Source of the DNA: Candidatus Hermodarchaeota archaeon
Lineage (GTDB): Archaea; Asgardarchaeota; Lokiarchaeia; Sigyniarchaeales; SOKP01
NCBI GenBank assembly: GCA_048885535.1
Contig: JBHLLO010000007.1
Location: 13,665 to 77,664, forward strand
Reading direction: 5' to 3'
DNA: 64,000 nucleotides
Shown here piece by piece: positions 1-9,768 of this stretch. The position numbers and the translations under genes were made by a program. Below the pieces are notes generated by a model. That model was not told the DNA's origin. It did no database searches and worked only from the letters and a program-made list of their open reading frames with translations. Numbering within the stretch: position 1 is the first letter of the stretch; every line of letters starts with the position of its first letter.

Positions 1-1188
1 TTTAAGAAGATACCTAAAGGAAAGATGGATCCGTGGCCAGGGAAAACGGTAGTCCCATTCTTAGAAGCCATAGATATTGAAATTGATGTACAAAAATTCA
101 ATATTGATCCTAAAAATGATTTAGCTTTAATTCAATATACTGGAGGAACAACAGGTCTACCTAAAGGAACTGAAATAGTCCATGCTAATTTGGTTTCAAA
201 CATGCATCAATTTGACACTTGGCTTAATAGAGAAAAAGGAAAAGAAATAACTTTATCAGCATTTCCATTCTTTCATATTGCTGGATACTTTATAGGATTA
301 TTTTTGAATTATATCGGGGGAACGCTGATTTTAATCGCAAATCCAAGAGACACTGACCATATTATTGAAGAAATTATTGATAAGAAGCCTACTAGTTTTG
401 GGAATGTACCAACACTGTTTTTAATGGTACAAAAAAATCCAAAGTCAAAAGATATTCCACCCGAAGTATTAGATAATATCACATTATATGTTAGTGGTGC
501 TGCACCATTTCCGCCTGAAGCTATAAGAGAATTTGAGAAGCAATTTCATTCTGAAAACAAATTTGTAGAAGTATATGGGATGACTGAAACAGCAGTGTTA
601 GCCACTGTAAATCCAATGTATGGAGAGAAGAAGATAGGATCTGTTGGATTACCTTTACCAGATACAGATATCAAACTTATTGACGTAGAAACCGGTGAAG
701 AAGTAGGTATTGGAACACCAGGTGAAATCATAATCAAAGGTCCTCAGGTTACAAAAAGATATCACAATAAACCTGAGGCGACAGAAAAAACTTATGATAA
801 AGATGGATATGTTCATACTGGAGATGTTGGAGTTTTCGATGAAGATGGCTATCTAAAAATCGTAGATCGTACAAAGGATATGCTAATAGTTAGTGGTTTT
901 AAAGTATACAGTGTTCATGTTGAAGAAGTTATGACTAAACATCCTGATATAGCAATCCTAGCAATCATTGGAATACCCAACCCTGATCGCCCAGGGGCTG
1001 AAATTGTAAAAGCAGTTATTCAGTTAAAGGAAGGTGTAAATGCAACTGAAGAAGTAAAAGAAAGTATTAAGAAGTATGCTGAGGAAAACTTATCAAAATA
1101 TGAAGTTCCAAAGATATGGGAATTCCGAGAAGAATTACCTCTTACTACAGTAGGAAAAGTTTTGAAAAGAGCATTGCGTGAAGAATAA
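1..1188 (+). CDS. Long-chain fatty acid--CoA ligase (AMP-binding family), 5'-truncated by the window edge
   Basis: AMP-binding P-loop YTGGTTGLPKG, YGMTET, HTGDVG and hinge DRTKDMLIVSGFKV, C-terminal GKVLKRAL. The frame is open from position 1 (FKKIPKGKM...), so the true start lies upstream. Confidence 0.92.
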   Translation, partial: FKKIPKGKMDPWPGKTVVPFLEAIDIEIDVQKFNIDPKNDLALIQYTGGTTGLPKGTEIVHANLVSNMHQFDTWLNREKGKEITLSAFPFFHIAGYFIGLFLNYIGGTLILIANPRDTDHIIEEIIDKKPTSFGNVPTLFLMVQKNPKSKDIPPEVLDNITLYVSGAAPFPPEAIREFEKQFHSENKFVEVYGMTETAVLATVNPMYGEKKIGSVGLPLPDTDIKLIDVETGEEVGIGTPGEIIIKGPQVTKRYHNKPEATEKTYDKDGYVHTGDVGVFDEDGYLKIVDRTKDMLIVSGFKVYSVHVEEVMTKHPDIAILAIIGIPNPDRPGAEIVKAVIQLKEGVNATEEVKESIKKYAEENLSKYEVPKIWEFREELPLTTVGKVLKRALREE

Positions 1189-1298
1189 AAGATAATTTTA
1201 ATTTTAATTTTTTTATTAATTTTCTCAGAATTAATTTAAAAACATATAAAAATTGGAATATATTTCTTTTTCTAAAAGTTTTATTTTAATCTTAAAAA

Positions 1299-2114
1299 AT
1301 GAAAATTGAAGACATTGAAGATATAATTTATGAAAAAGAAAAAAATGGAATTTGTACAGCAACTATTTCCAGACCTGAGAGAAGAAATGCAGTTTCTCCC
1401 ATATCATTCTTAGAACTATACACAATTTTAGAAGATATGGAAAGAGATGCAAATACGAAAGTTTTAATCATTACAGGAGACCCAAAAGGGAGAGCGTTCA
1501 CTTCTGGAGGTTTCTTCAAACCTGAAATGTTTGAAGAAATTAAAAAGTATCCAGAAATCGATATCATGGACATTGCGCAAAAAAAATTATGTATGAAACT
1601 CTGGGACTTCAATAAACCAGTTATAGTCGCAATTAATGGCATGGCTATTGGAGGAGGTATTACTATGCCACTCTCAGGAGCTGATCTGATTTATATGTCT
1701 GAAGATGCTTGGCTTGGATTCTATTTTGTAAAAAGAGGAATAATTCCCGAATTTGCTAACTCATTTATATTACCATTTTACTTAGGTTTCCAAAAAGCTA
1801 AAGAAATCATCTATTTTGGAGATAAAATAACAGCTCAACAAGCACTTGAATTAGGTTTAGTTAATAAAGTATTACCTCCTAATAAATTAATTCCTTATGC
1901 AAAAGAACAAGCACTAAAATTGATCCCTCCTAATGGTCCATACTTATCAATAAAGTTAATGAAAAAAACCATGCATAATTATTTCAGATCAATACTTTCG
2001 GATACTCTAGATTTGGAAAATAAAGCACTAAGAAAAACTTTCAGATCAAAAGATTTTAATGAATCGATACTAGCACTTAAAGAAAAAAGAACTCCCACTT
2101 TTATTGGGAAGTAG
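1299..2114 (+). CDS. Enoyl-CoA hydratase/isomerase (crotonase) family protein, probably isomerase-type
   Basis: RPERRNA, AFTSGG, KPVIVAINGMAIGGG, GIIPE and C-terminal EKRTPTFIGK. Lacks the usual GGGxE glutamate. Confidence 0.88.
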   Translation: MKIEDIEDIIYEKEKNGICTATISRPERRNAVSPISFLELYTILEDMERDANTKVLIITGDPKGRAFTSGGFFKPEMFEEIKKYPEIDIMDIAQKKLCMKLWDFNKPVIVAINGMAIGGGITMPLSGADLIYMSEDAWLGFYFVKRGIIPEFANSFILPFYLGFQKAKEIIYFGDKITAQQALELGLVNKVLPPNKLIPYAKEQALKLIPPNGPYLSIKLMKKTMHNYFRSILSDTLDLENKALRKTFRSKDFNESILALKEKRTPTFIGK

Positions 2115-2219
2115 TTTAAAACGAAAATTTTTTTTAATTAATCCTAAAACCAAATCCTAAAATGTCAAAATCAGATTTAAATCTATAATTTTAAATGTTA
2201 TCGAATAGAATGATCTTTA

Positions 2220-3773
2220 ATGATAAATAGTAATTATGATGAAAATAGAGTTCTTTCTACATATCCCGTTATTGTTATTGGCGCTGGACTTGGTGGACTT
2301 GGTGCTGCATGTCAATTGGTATTAAGAGGTGAAAAAGTTTTATTACTTGAGAAGCATAACGTTCCAGGAGGTTTTGCAACCTCTTTCGTTAGAGGGCGAT
2401 TCGAATTTGAAGGAGCACTTCATGAAATCAGTGAAATTGGAACAGAAGATAATAAGGGCAGCCTTTATCGCTTTTTAGAAAGATTAGGAATCGTTCCAGA
2501 TAGATTGAACTTCAAACAAGTACCTGAGTTTTATCGAAGCGTTTATCTCGACGGATTTGATGTGATTATGCCTTTGGGCGCAGATAAATATACTGAAAAG
2601 CTAATAGAACTCTTTCCTTCTGAAAAAAAAGGTATAGAAGAATTTATGGAGATGTCTGAAGCTGTTTTAAAAGGAATTGAGTATTTGGCCTCAAAGGGGG
2701 GCAAATTCACGCCTCAAGAAATTCTCAAAGAACACCCCTGGCTACCACGCGTTTCAGGTATTACCTTATCTGAATTATATTCTAAATTCTTTACTGATAA
2801 AAAATTAATGTCGTTAATATCGCAGCTCTGGGGCTACATTGGAATACCCCCTGATCGGATAAATGCATATGCATTCGTTGCTATGCTAATATTCTTTTTA
2901 AAATGGGGTGCCGCATATCCTTTAGGAAGGTCCCATTCATTAGTTAATGCAATGGTAGAAGCTTTTGAGAAATTTGGCGGAGAAATAAGATATAATGCTT
3001 TAGTGAATAGAATATTAGTAGAAAATAGTAGAGTTTTTGGTGTAGAATTAATTAATGGAGATATTTACAAATGTAAAGCAGTGATTTCTAATGTTAATCC
3101 AATATGTACTACAATGAAAATGCTACCCCCTGAAGTAGTCCCTAACGATTATAAAAAAAAAATCTATTCTCCAGAAATTGGACCTTCAGGTTTCTCTGTT
3201 TATCTTGGATTAAACGCGCCTTATCAGGATTTAGGCTTTACTGCTCATGAAACTTTTATCAATGAAAATTATAACATGAATAAAGCTTTTGAAACATTTC
3301 ATAAGCTAGAAGCACCAAAATATCTTGTAGCAGCATGCTATAATCGTATTTATGAAGATATCTCCCCACCAGGGACTACAGAGTTAGTGTTGACAACTCT
3401 ACAAATGGGGAAAATGTGGCAAAATGTACCCCCTGACCAATATTTTTACATTAAAGATGAAATTGCTAATAGCATGATATCTTTAGTTGAAAATACAATA
3501 TGTCCAGAGATTCGAGAATATATAGAAGTCGCTATTGCCGCAACTCCATTAACATATTATCGATATTCTAAAAACATTGAAGGAGCAATTTATGGAACAA
3601 CTCAAGATGTTATCAATGGACCATTATTTAGATTAAAAAGTAGGGGTGCAATTCCTGGACTTTATCAGGTTGGTGCTTGGACTAACTTTGGTGGAGGTTT
3701 TTCTACTTGTATTCTTAGTGGTCGAATTGCTTCCGGTCTTTATTTAAAAGATAAAATTGAGGGGAGATGGTAA
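2220..3773 (+). CDS. Phytoene desaturase/retinol saturase (CrtI-like) FAD-dependent oxidoreductase
   Basis: VIGAGLGGL...LLEKHNVPGG dinucleotide-binding motif, ATPLTYYRYS...GAIYG, IPGLYQVGAW..GGG...SG. Confidence 0.85.
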   Translation: MINSNYDENRVLSTYPVIVIGAGLGGLGAACQLVLRGEKVLLLEKHNVPGGFATSFVRGRFEFEGALHEISEIGTEDNKGSLYRFLERLGIVPDRLNFKQVPEFYRSVYLDGFDVIMPLGADKYTEKLIELFPSEKKGIEEFMEMSEAVLKGIEYLASKGGKFTPQEILKEHPWLPRVSGITLSELYSKFFTDKKLMSLISQLWGYIGIPPDRINAYAFVAMLIFFLKWGAAYPLGRSHSLVNAMVEAFEKFGGEIRYNALVNRILVENSRVFGVELINGDIYKCKAVISNVNPICTTMKMLPPEVVPNDYKKKIYSPEIGPSGFSVYLGLNAPYQDLGFTAHETFINENYNMNKAFETFHKLEAPKYLVAACYNRIYEDISPPGTTELVLTTLQMGKMWQNVPPDQYFYIKDEIANSMISLVENTICPEIREYIEVAIAATPLTYYRYSKNIEGAIYGTTQDVINGPLFRLKSRGAIPGLYQVGAWTNFGGGFSTCILSGRIASGLYLKDKIEGRW

Positions 3774-4963
3774 ACATGATGGAAGATATAAAGAAGTATC
3801 AAAAAGCTGAAAAGCTAAAAAAAATACGTGAAGAAATTCAATCTATACCCTGGTATTATGATGGCTTAGAAAGCTTGTGTGATAGAATACATCCTGGAAC
3901 TCAACTTTTAAAAATAACGGATATAAATAAACTTTCTCATGATACCAAACTATTTCGCTTTATTTCAGCAAGACCGAAAAAGGCTTTAGCACCATTTCGA
4001 GCTGGTCAATATATAGGACTTACTGTAGAAATTGATGGTGTTAGGACATCACGTCCATATTCATTAGCGTCCTCACCTAATCAACTTGCTTATTATGAAT
4101 TAGGTATTAGAAAGAAGGAAGGAGGCTTTGTAAGCCCTTATTTATTTAATCATGCGAAAGTAGGAGATATATTTGAAGCAACAGAACCCTTAGGAAATTT
4201 ATTTTATAATCCTCTTTTTCATGGTGAAAATCTTGTATTTATTGCTGGAGGATGTGGGATAACACCATTTATCTCAATGTTAAGAGAAATTTCTGAGAAA
4301 GTCTTAACTTTAAATGTCTCATTAATTTACGGTTGCTTAACTGAAAAAGACATATTATTTAGAGATGAATTGGAAGATATACAAAAGAGAAGATCAAATA
4401 TTAGCGTAAAGTATATTTTATCAGAACCAGAATCAGATTGGAATGGAGAATGTGGCTTTATTACTAAAGATAAAATATTAAATGAAATAGGCTCAGTTAA
4501 AAATAAATATTTCTATGTAGTGGGAAATCTTCCAATGTATGAGTTTATTAAAGAGGAAATGAAAGTATTAGGAGTTCCCGAGCATAGGGTCTATTATGAG
4601 GCTTTTGGAGTTCCAGAGGATATAACACAGATTATGGGATGGCCAAATGAAATTGAAACCTCAAAAAATATTAAAATTAAAATTGACTACAGAAAAGCAA
4701 GTGGTAAGGAGAGTATCGAAATTTCTGCTTCTTGCGTAGAACCACTTCTAAATAGCATAGAACGTGCAAAAATAACACATATCAATATTGAGAACGGATG
4801 TCGTTCAGGTGAGTGTGCCTTATGTAGAACAAAATTGCTATCTGGTAAAATCTTTGTACCTCCTAGCGTTACTATTCGTGAAGTTGATAAAAACTTTGGT
4901 TTTATCCATCCTTGTATTTCTTATCCTTTAACAGATATCCATCTAGATTTAACCTTAACCTAA
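3767..4963 (+). CDS. FAD/NAD(P)-binding ferredoxin reductase with C-terminal 2Fe-2S domain (PaaE/KshB/Hcr-like)
   Basis: RPYSLAS, GGFVSPYL, IAGGCGITPF and C-terminal CRSGECALC...C. Overlaps the upstream gene. Confidence 0.88.
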   Translation: MVNMMEDIKKYQKAEKLKKIREEIQSIPWYYDGLESLCDRIHPGTQLLKITDINKLSHDTKLFRFISARPKKALAPFRAGQYIGLTVEIDGVRTSRPYSLASSPNQLAYYELGIRKKEGGFVSPYLFNHAKVGDIFEATEPLGNLFYNPLFHGENLVFIAGGCGITPFISMLREISEKVLTLNVSLIYGCLTEKDILFRDELEDIQKRRSNISVKYILSEPESDWNGECGFITKDKILNEIGSVKNKYFYVVGNLPMYEFIKEEMKVLGVPEHRVYYEAFGVPEDITQIMGWPNEIETSKNIKIKIDYRKASGKESIEISASCVEPLLNSIERAKITHINIENGCRSGECALCRTKLLSGKIFVPPSVTIREVDKNFGFIHPCISYPLTDIHLDLTLT

Positions 4964-5040
4964 ACCTTTTTGAAAAACACTATAAAATATTAAATATTTA
5001 AAATACAAAATAAAAAATTATTATTTTTAGGGAGATATGA

Positions 5041-5442
5041 ATGAAAATCTTAACAAAAGAATGGTTAGATGCTTTTGGAAAAGCTATTAACGAAAATCCT
5101 GCATATAAAGAAGCAGCATCTTGGTGGGAAGGTGATATGCTTTGTGTAATTGAACCTAGTGGTCCATTAGATCATGAAGTCCGATTTTTTCTTGGACTTT
5201 ATCATGGAGAATGCACAGGTGTGAAGTTATTGGAGGAAGGTGAAGAGGTTGAAGTAGAATTTACTCTCTCTGGACCATATGATAATTGGGTATTGATTGC
5301 CAAAAAGGAATTAGACACAATTCAAGGTGTAATGTCTGGGAAATTAAGACTTGTAGGGAATATGGCAAAATTAATGCGAGCTACTAGAGCTGCTCAAGAA
5401 ATTGTAAATAGCTTACAAAACGTCGAAACAGAATTTTTATAA
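5041..5442 (+). CDS. SCP2 sterol/lipid-binding domain protein
   Basis: EWLDAF..AIN.NPAY...A..WEGD N-terminus and MSGKLRLVGNMAKLM signature. GGGAGA upstream. Confidence 0.85.
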   Translation: MKILTKEWLDAFGKAINENPAYKEAASWWEGDMLCVIEPSGPLDHEVRFFLGLYHGECTGVKLLEEGEEVEVEFTLSGPYDNWVLIAKKELDTIQGVMSGKLRLVGNMAKLMRATRAAQEIVNSLQNVETEFL

Positions 5443-5514
5443 TCCAAAACCTAAGATTTATCTCTTTTTTAAATTTATAAAGATTTTATAATAATACAGA
5501 AGTGATTTATAGAA

Positions 5515-6714
5515 ATGTGGTACTTTTTTAGTCCAGATATAATTTATGGAGAGGACGCATTAGATTTTTTAGAAAATATCACGGGAAATAGATGTTACAT
5601 CGTAACAGATAAAGTTATTAAAGAATTAGGATATCTAAAGATTTTAACAGATAAATTAAAAAAGTTAGGAAAATCATTTGAGATTTTTAATGAAGTACAA
5701 CCAGATCCAAGAGAAGAACTTGTATTAAAAGTTAAACATTTATGTAACTCTTATGCACCCGACCTAATTATTGCTCTAGGAGGAGGGTCTGTTATTGACA
5801 CAGCAAAGGTTATTTGGGCAATGTATGAATATCCTCAATATGGAATAGACGATCTTCATATCTTTAACAAAGATCTCTACGATTTGGGGAAAAAAGCTAA
5901 ATTTATTGCTATTCCTACTACATCTGGAACTGGAGCTGATGTTACTTATGACGCTATTATTTCAAGATATAATGATGGAGTATGGCAAAAATTGATACAA
6001 GCCCATAGAGGATTAGTCCCCTCATACGCTATATTAGATCCTATTTTCCCTATAGGAATGCCTCCTAGTTTAACATTGGATACAGGTATGGATATAGTAG
6101 CACACGCTATAGAAAGTATGATAGCAAATGGGAAAAATGAATTTAGCAATGCTCTAGCTACTAAAGCAATTGAGTTAAGCTTTAAATATTTACCTATTGC
6201 TTACAAAGATGGAAAAAATAAGGAAGCAAGAGATTATTTACATCAGGCAGCTACAATGGCAGGATTAGCATTTGGTAATGCAAATTTGCACATTGGACAT
6301 ACCACAGGACATTGTCTTGGAGCTGTTTTTACCCTGCCTCATGGAAAATGTGCTGGAATTATGCTAAAATATGCAACACAATATTGTATGAATAATCCAA
6401 ATAAAGATGATAAAACAATTCAAATCTATTCAAAAATGGCAAAACAATTAGGTTGGGCTAAGTGGGAGGACAATGATACAACAGCAGCTAATTCTGTTAT
6501 TGAAAAACTAAAAGAATTGCCCAGAGAAATAGGATTTCCAGAAAAAATTCAAGATTTAGGTATTTCAAAAGAAGATTTAGATAAAAATCTTGAAACATTA
6601 GTCAATTTATGCTTTCAGGATGCCAGTGGCTCAATGAGTCCAAGATTACCGTCTAAAGCAGATTTCGAAAACATTTACAGATATGCATTTGAAGGAAAAG
6701 ATATCGACTTTTAA
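5515..6714 (+). CDS. Iron-containing alcohol dehydrogenase
   Basis: ALGGGSVIDTAK, IPTTSGTG, D..AHAIE, HIGH..GH and PHG metal-binding motifs. Confidence 0.92.
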   Translation: MWYFFSPDIIYGEDALDFLENITGNRCYIVTDKVIKELGYLKILTDKLKKLGKSFEIFNEVQPDPREELVLKVKHLCNSYAPDLIIALGGGSVIDTAKVIWAMYEYPQYGIDDLHIFNKDLYDLGKKAKFIAIPTTSGTGADVTYDAIISRYNDGVWQKLIQAHRGLVPSYAILDPIFPIGMPPSLTLDTGMDIVAHAIESMIANGKNEFSNALATKAIELSFKYLPIAYKDGKNKEARDYLHQAATMAGLAFGNANLHIGHTTGHCLGAVFTLPHGKCAGIMLKYATQYCMNNPNKDDKTIQIYSKMAKQLGWAKWEDNDTTAANSVIEKLKELPREIGFPEKIQDLGISKEDLDKNLETLVNLCFQDASGSMSPRLPSKADFENIYRYAFEGKDIDF

Positions 6715-6745
6715 ACCAGAAGAATAAAAAAAGGAAAATTAAAAA

Positions 6746-7570
6746 TTATTTCCATTTCCATTTTGGTTTTATTTTTTGTAATCTTGCTAAAGCTCCAGAA
6801 ACAGCATCTTTAGTTTGGAGTAATTGAGAGCTTACTAAAGTCTCCAATTCTAATCCAAAAGAAGTATCCTTACCATAACAATCATCAATTAACTTTTTAC
6901 CCAGACCAACTGCGAGTGGAGCACTACTTATAAGCTCATCAGTATACATCTTGATTATTGAATCTAATTCCTGATGAGTTTTAGCAACACGATTTACAAC
7001 TCCTAGTCTATAAGCCTCATTTCCATCAAATCTACGGCCAGTTAGGGCTATATCTTTAGCATTTGGAATTCCAACCAGACGTACCAGCCTTATACAACCC
7101 CCCACATCAGGCGTCATACCGATTTTTGTTTCTAGCATATGAAACTGGGCTGATTCAGTGCAGAATCGAAAGTCACATGCCAGAGCGAGCTCAAATGCCA
7201 TTCCAAAACAATAACCATTGATTTTAGCGATTACTGGTTTTTCTATCTTTTCAATTTTTGTGAAAATTGGTTGTATCCAAGTATTAGCGAAATATCTGAA
7301 ATTTCGAGGAATGCGTAAATCGGGAATCACACCCTCCGGATCTTTTTCTTGTCCTGTTAGAAAGTTCAAATCAATACCAGAGCTAAAGATTTCATCTCCC
7401 CCAGTAATGATGACAACCCTTGTATCTGTACGTTCCACCTTATCTATAGCTTTGAGAAGTCCAAACATTATTTCGTGATTCATTGCATTCTTTTTAGCAA
7501 GTCGATTCATTTTAATTGTGGTTATGGTTTTATCCTCATTTTCTTCTATTAAAATAACATCTTCATTCAC
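6746..7570 (-). CDS. Enoyl-CoA hydratase/isomerase family protein
   Basis: KKNAMN, FSSGIDL, KPVIAKINGYCFGMAFELALACD, ETKIGMTPDVGG. GTG start. Confidence 0.9.
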   Translation of the reverse strand: MNEDVILIEENEDKTITTIKMNRLAKKNAMNHEIMFGLLKAIDKVERTDTRVVIITGGDEIFSSGIDLNFLTGQEKDPEGVIPDLRIPRNFRYFANTWIQPIFTKIEKIEKPVIAKINGYCFGMAFELALACDFRFCTESAQFHMLETKIGMTPDVGGCIRLVRLVGIPNAKDIALTGRRFDGNEAYRLGVVNRVAKTHQELDSIIKMYTDELISSAPLAVGLGKKLIDDCYGKDTSFGLELETLVSSQLLQTKDAVSGALARLQKIKPKWKWK

Positions 7571-7643
7571 ATTAAATCAATTCCAGATTTTTATTATTTT
7601 TAAATTTATAAATAAGATAAAAAAAATAGAAATTAATCTTTTA

Positions 7644-8093
7644 TTATATTGGTTTAAAATACTCAATATCTAAAATTCTTTTTCTTGGTTTTTCCTTAAA
7701 AACAGCTTCAACTTTCATACCAACTTTTAGCTTATTAGGATCACTTTCTTTAATCAAATGTACAAAATCTGTATCTGCTCCTTCTAATCTAATTCTGGCA
7801 TAAGCAAACGGAGGTTCCAATGGCAATACAGGCGTAGAATGGGTGATAATGGTAAAACCTGTTATAGTTCCTATGTTTCCCACTTCAACCCATTCTACCA
7901 TTTTCTCAAAACATTCAAAACATATCATTTTTGGTGGAATAAACACTTTCTTACATTTCGGGCACTTCACTCCCATAATCTTTTGATTTTTACCAATATC
8001 TGTAATAAATTTCTCTACATAAGCGCCTGCGGTATGTTTGTAAGGAACTTTTATTCTACCTTTAAATATTTTCTTTTCTATTTCTTCTCCCAT
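7644..8093 (-). CDS. DUF35 Zn-ribbon/OB-fold protein (thiolase/aldolase partner)
   Basis: CPKC..VFIPP...CFEC, G.I..FT, GMKVEAVF. Start moved from GTG 8102 to ATG 8093 because that GTG lies inside a GAGGTG Shine-Dalgarno motif. Confidence 0.9.
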   Translation of the reverse strand: MGEEIEKKIFKGRIKVPYKHTAGAYVEKFITDIGKNQKIMGVKCPKCKKVFIPPKMICFECFEKMVEWVEVGNIGTITGFTIITHSTPVLPLEPPFAYARIRLEGADTDFVHLIKESDPNKLKVGMKVEAVFKEKPRKRILDIEYFKPI

Positions 8094-8106
8094 TATGCCC
8101 ACCTCT

Positions 8107-8595
8107 TTATTTTTCCTCTTCTATAATTCTAAAATATGGGATATCACCAATATTACCTTCTCTTTCCTCTTTAAATACAGCCTCAACTCGCTGACCAACA
8201 CGCATTTTGGTATGATCGGTTTCATCCAAGAAATGCATAGTATATGTATCCGCACCATCAAGCTTGAATATAGCATACCCATAAGGAAAAGGTCTCATAC
8301 CACCAGTATTAGGATCAATAAAAGGATAATTCACTACAGTAAATCCCATTAACGTACCTTTTGTGGATAATTCCACCATATCATCAAGATTCATTTCAAC
8401 TAAACAATCTGCACATACAGCTCTTGGAGGAAAGTGAACTTTGCCACACTTTGGACATTTACTTCCTAAAATTTTCTTATTTAATTTTAATTCTTCAAAA
8501 AACTTAACTGCAAGTTTTCCTATTGAATATCTATATGGAAGATCAGTTTTCCATTTTATCTCAAATACTTTTTCTTGGTCTTTTCTTTTACTCAT
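8107..8595 (-). CDS. DUF35 Zn-ribbon/OB-fold protein
   Basis: CPKCGKVHFPPRAVCADC, GQRVEAVF...REG.I.DI.YF. Start moved to ATG 8595 downstream of GAGGTG. Confidence 0.9.
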   Translation of the reverse strand: MSKRKDQEKVFEIKWKTDLPYRYSIGKLAVKFFEELKLNKKILGSKCPKCGKVHFPPRAVCADCLVEMNLDDMVELSTKGTLMGFTVVNYPFIDPNTGGMRPFPYGYAIFKLDGADTYTMHFLDETDHTKMRVGQRVEAVFKEEREGNIGDIPYFRIIEEEK

Positions 8596-8600
8596 TAAAT

Positions 8601-9767
8601 TCACCTCATAGGCTCTTTACCTAATATTAATAATTCAGTCCAAAGACTTCCTCCAAATCCCATTGAAAGAGCTTTCTCTACATCTGGGACTTGCCTTTTC
8701 TCACCTCTACCCATTACCTGGATTGCGGCTTCTGCTACTCTTACTAAAGCTGTAGCTCCAATGGGATTAGTACTTAAGACTCCACCTGATGGATTAACGG
8801 GTAATTCACCACTCATCTGGGTAATTCCTTCATCTAATATTTTCCCCCCTTCTCCTTTTTCACAGAACTGTAGGCCTTCTGTCCATGCTAACTCACTCCA
8901 AGAAGTAGGTTCATATATTTCAGCAACGTCTAAATCTTTGACAGCATTTTTAATCCCAGCTTTTTTATAAGCTACTTTTGCGGCTATTGTAGCAGAAGGT
9001 AGATCATACATTAACGTATCAGTTCCATATGTATAATAATGAGCTGTTGCAACAGATTGAACCCAAGCAGGATTATCTGTTATCTTTTTCGTTTCTTCCT
9101 CATTAGCATATATAATCGCACATGCACCCTCACTTTGGGGACAACAATCATGCAATCTTAGAGGAGGTGATATTAATTGAGAACTCATAACATAATCTAC
9201 AGTGATATTGGGCATCTGAAGATGAGCAAATGGGTTATTTGCAGCATTACTTCTATTTTTTACAGTTACCTTCGCTGCTTGTTCTGGTGTAATTCCATAT
9301 TTTGCCGCATAAGTACTTGCCATCAAAGCAAGGGGACCTAAGGCTCCTGCTAAAGAGGGTCTTTCCCAAACAGGATCAAAGGCAGTAATAATTCCTGTTG
9401 TTGCACCCCCTTCATTTAACTTTTCCCAACCAATTACTAATACTTTATTATAAATCCCCGATGCAACATTATAGTATCCACAGATTGCTAAAGAACTCCC
9501 AGTAGTACCTCCTGTTGCTACTTTAACAACTGGTTTCAAATATCCAGGTGCAGCATCAATCCCACACCATAATTCAGAGAAATTAACTCCTTCAAAATGG
9601 TCCATATTACCAATAATTATAGCGTCAATATCTTTAGGCTCAAGTTGAGCATCATCCAACGCCATTTTTGTAGCTTCGTAGATCATTTCAGGTATATTTA
9701 CATCTCTACGTTTACTTCTAAATTTTGTTTGACCAATTCCAACAACTGCAACATCATTTTTAGTCAT
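8601..9767 (-). CDS. Thiolase-fold (SCPx-type) protein, Ltp3-like
   Basis: VAVVGIGQT, NPFAHL, AEIYEP, PVNPSGGVLSTNPIGA. No Cys at the nucleophile position (ATGGTTG). ATG 9767 follows GGAGGTG. Confidence 0.85.
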   Translation of the reverse strand: MTKNDVAVVGIGQTKFRSKRRDVNIPEMIYEATKMALDDAQLEPKDIDAIIIGNMDHFEGVNFSELWCGIDAAPGYLKPVVKVATGGTTGSSLAICGYYNVASGIYNKVLVIGWEKLNEGGATTGIITAFDPVWERPSLAGALGPLALMASTYAAKYGITPEQAAKVTVKNRSNAANNPFAHLQMPNITVDYVMSSQLISPPLRLHDCCPQSEGACAIIYANEEETKKITDNPAWVQSVATAHYYTYGTDTLMYDLPSATIAAKVAYKKAGIKNAVKDLDVAEIYEPTSWSELAWTEGLQFCEKGEGGKILDEGITQMSGELPVNPSGGVLSTNPIGATALVRVAEAAIQVMGRGEKRQVPDVEKALSMGFGGSLWTELLILGKEPMR

Positions 9768-9768
9768 T

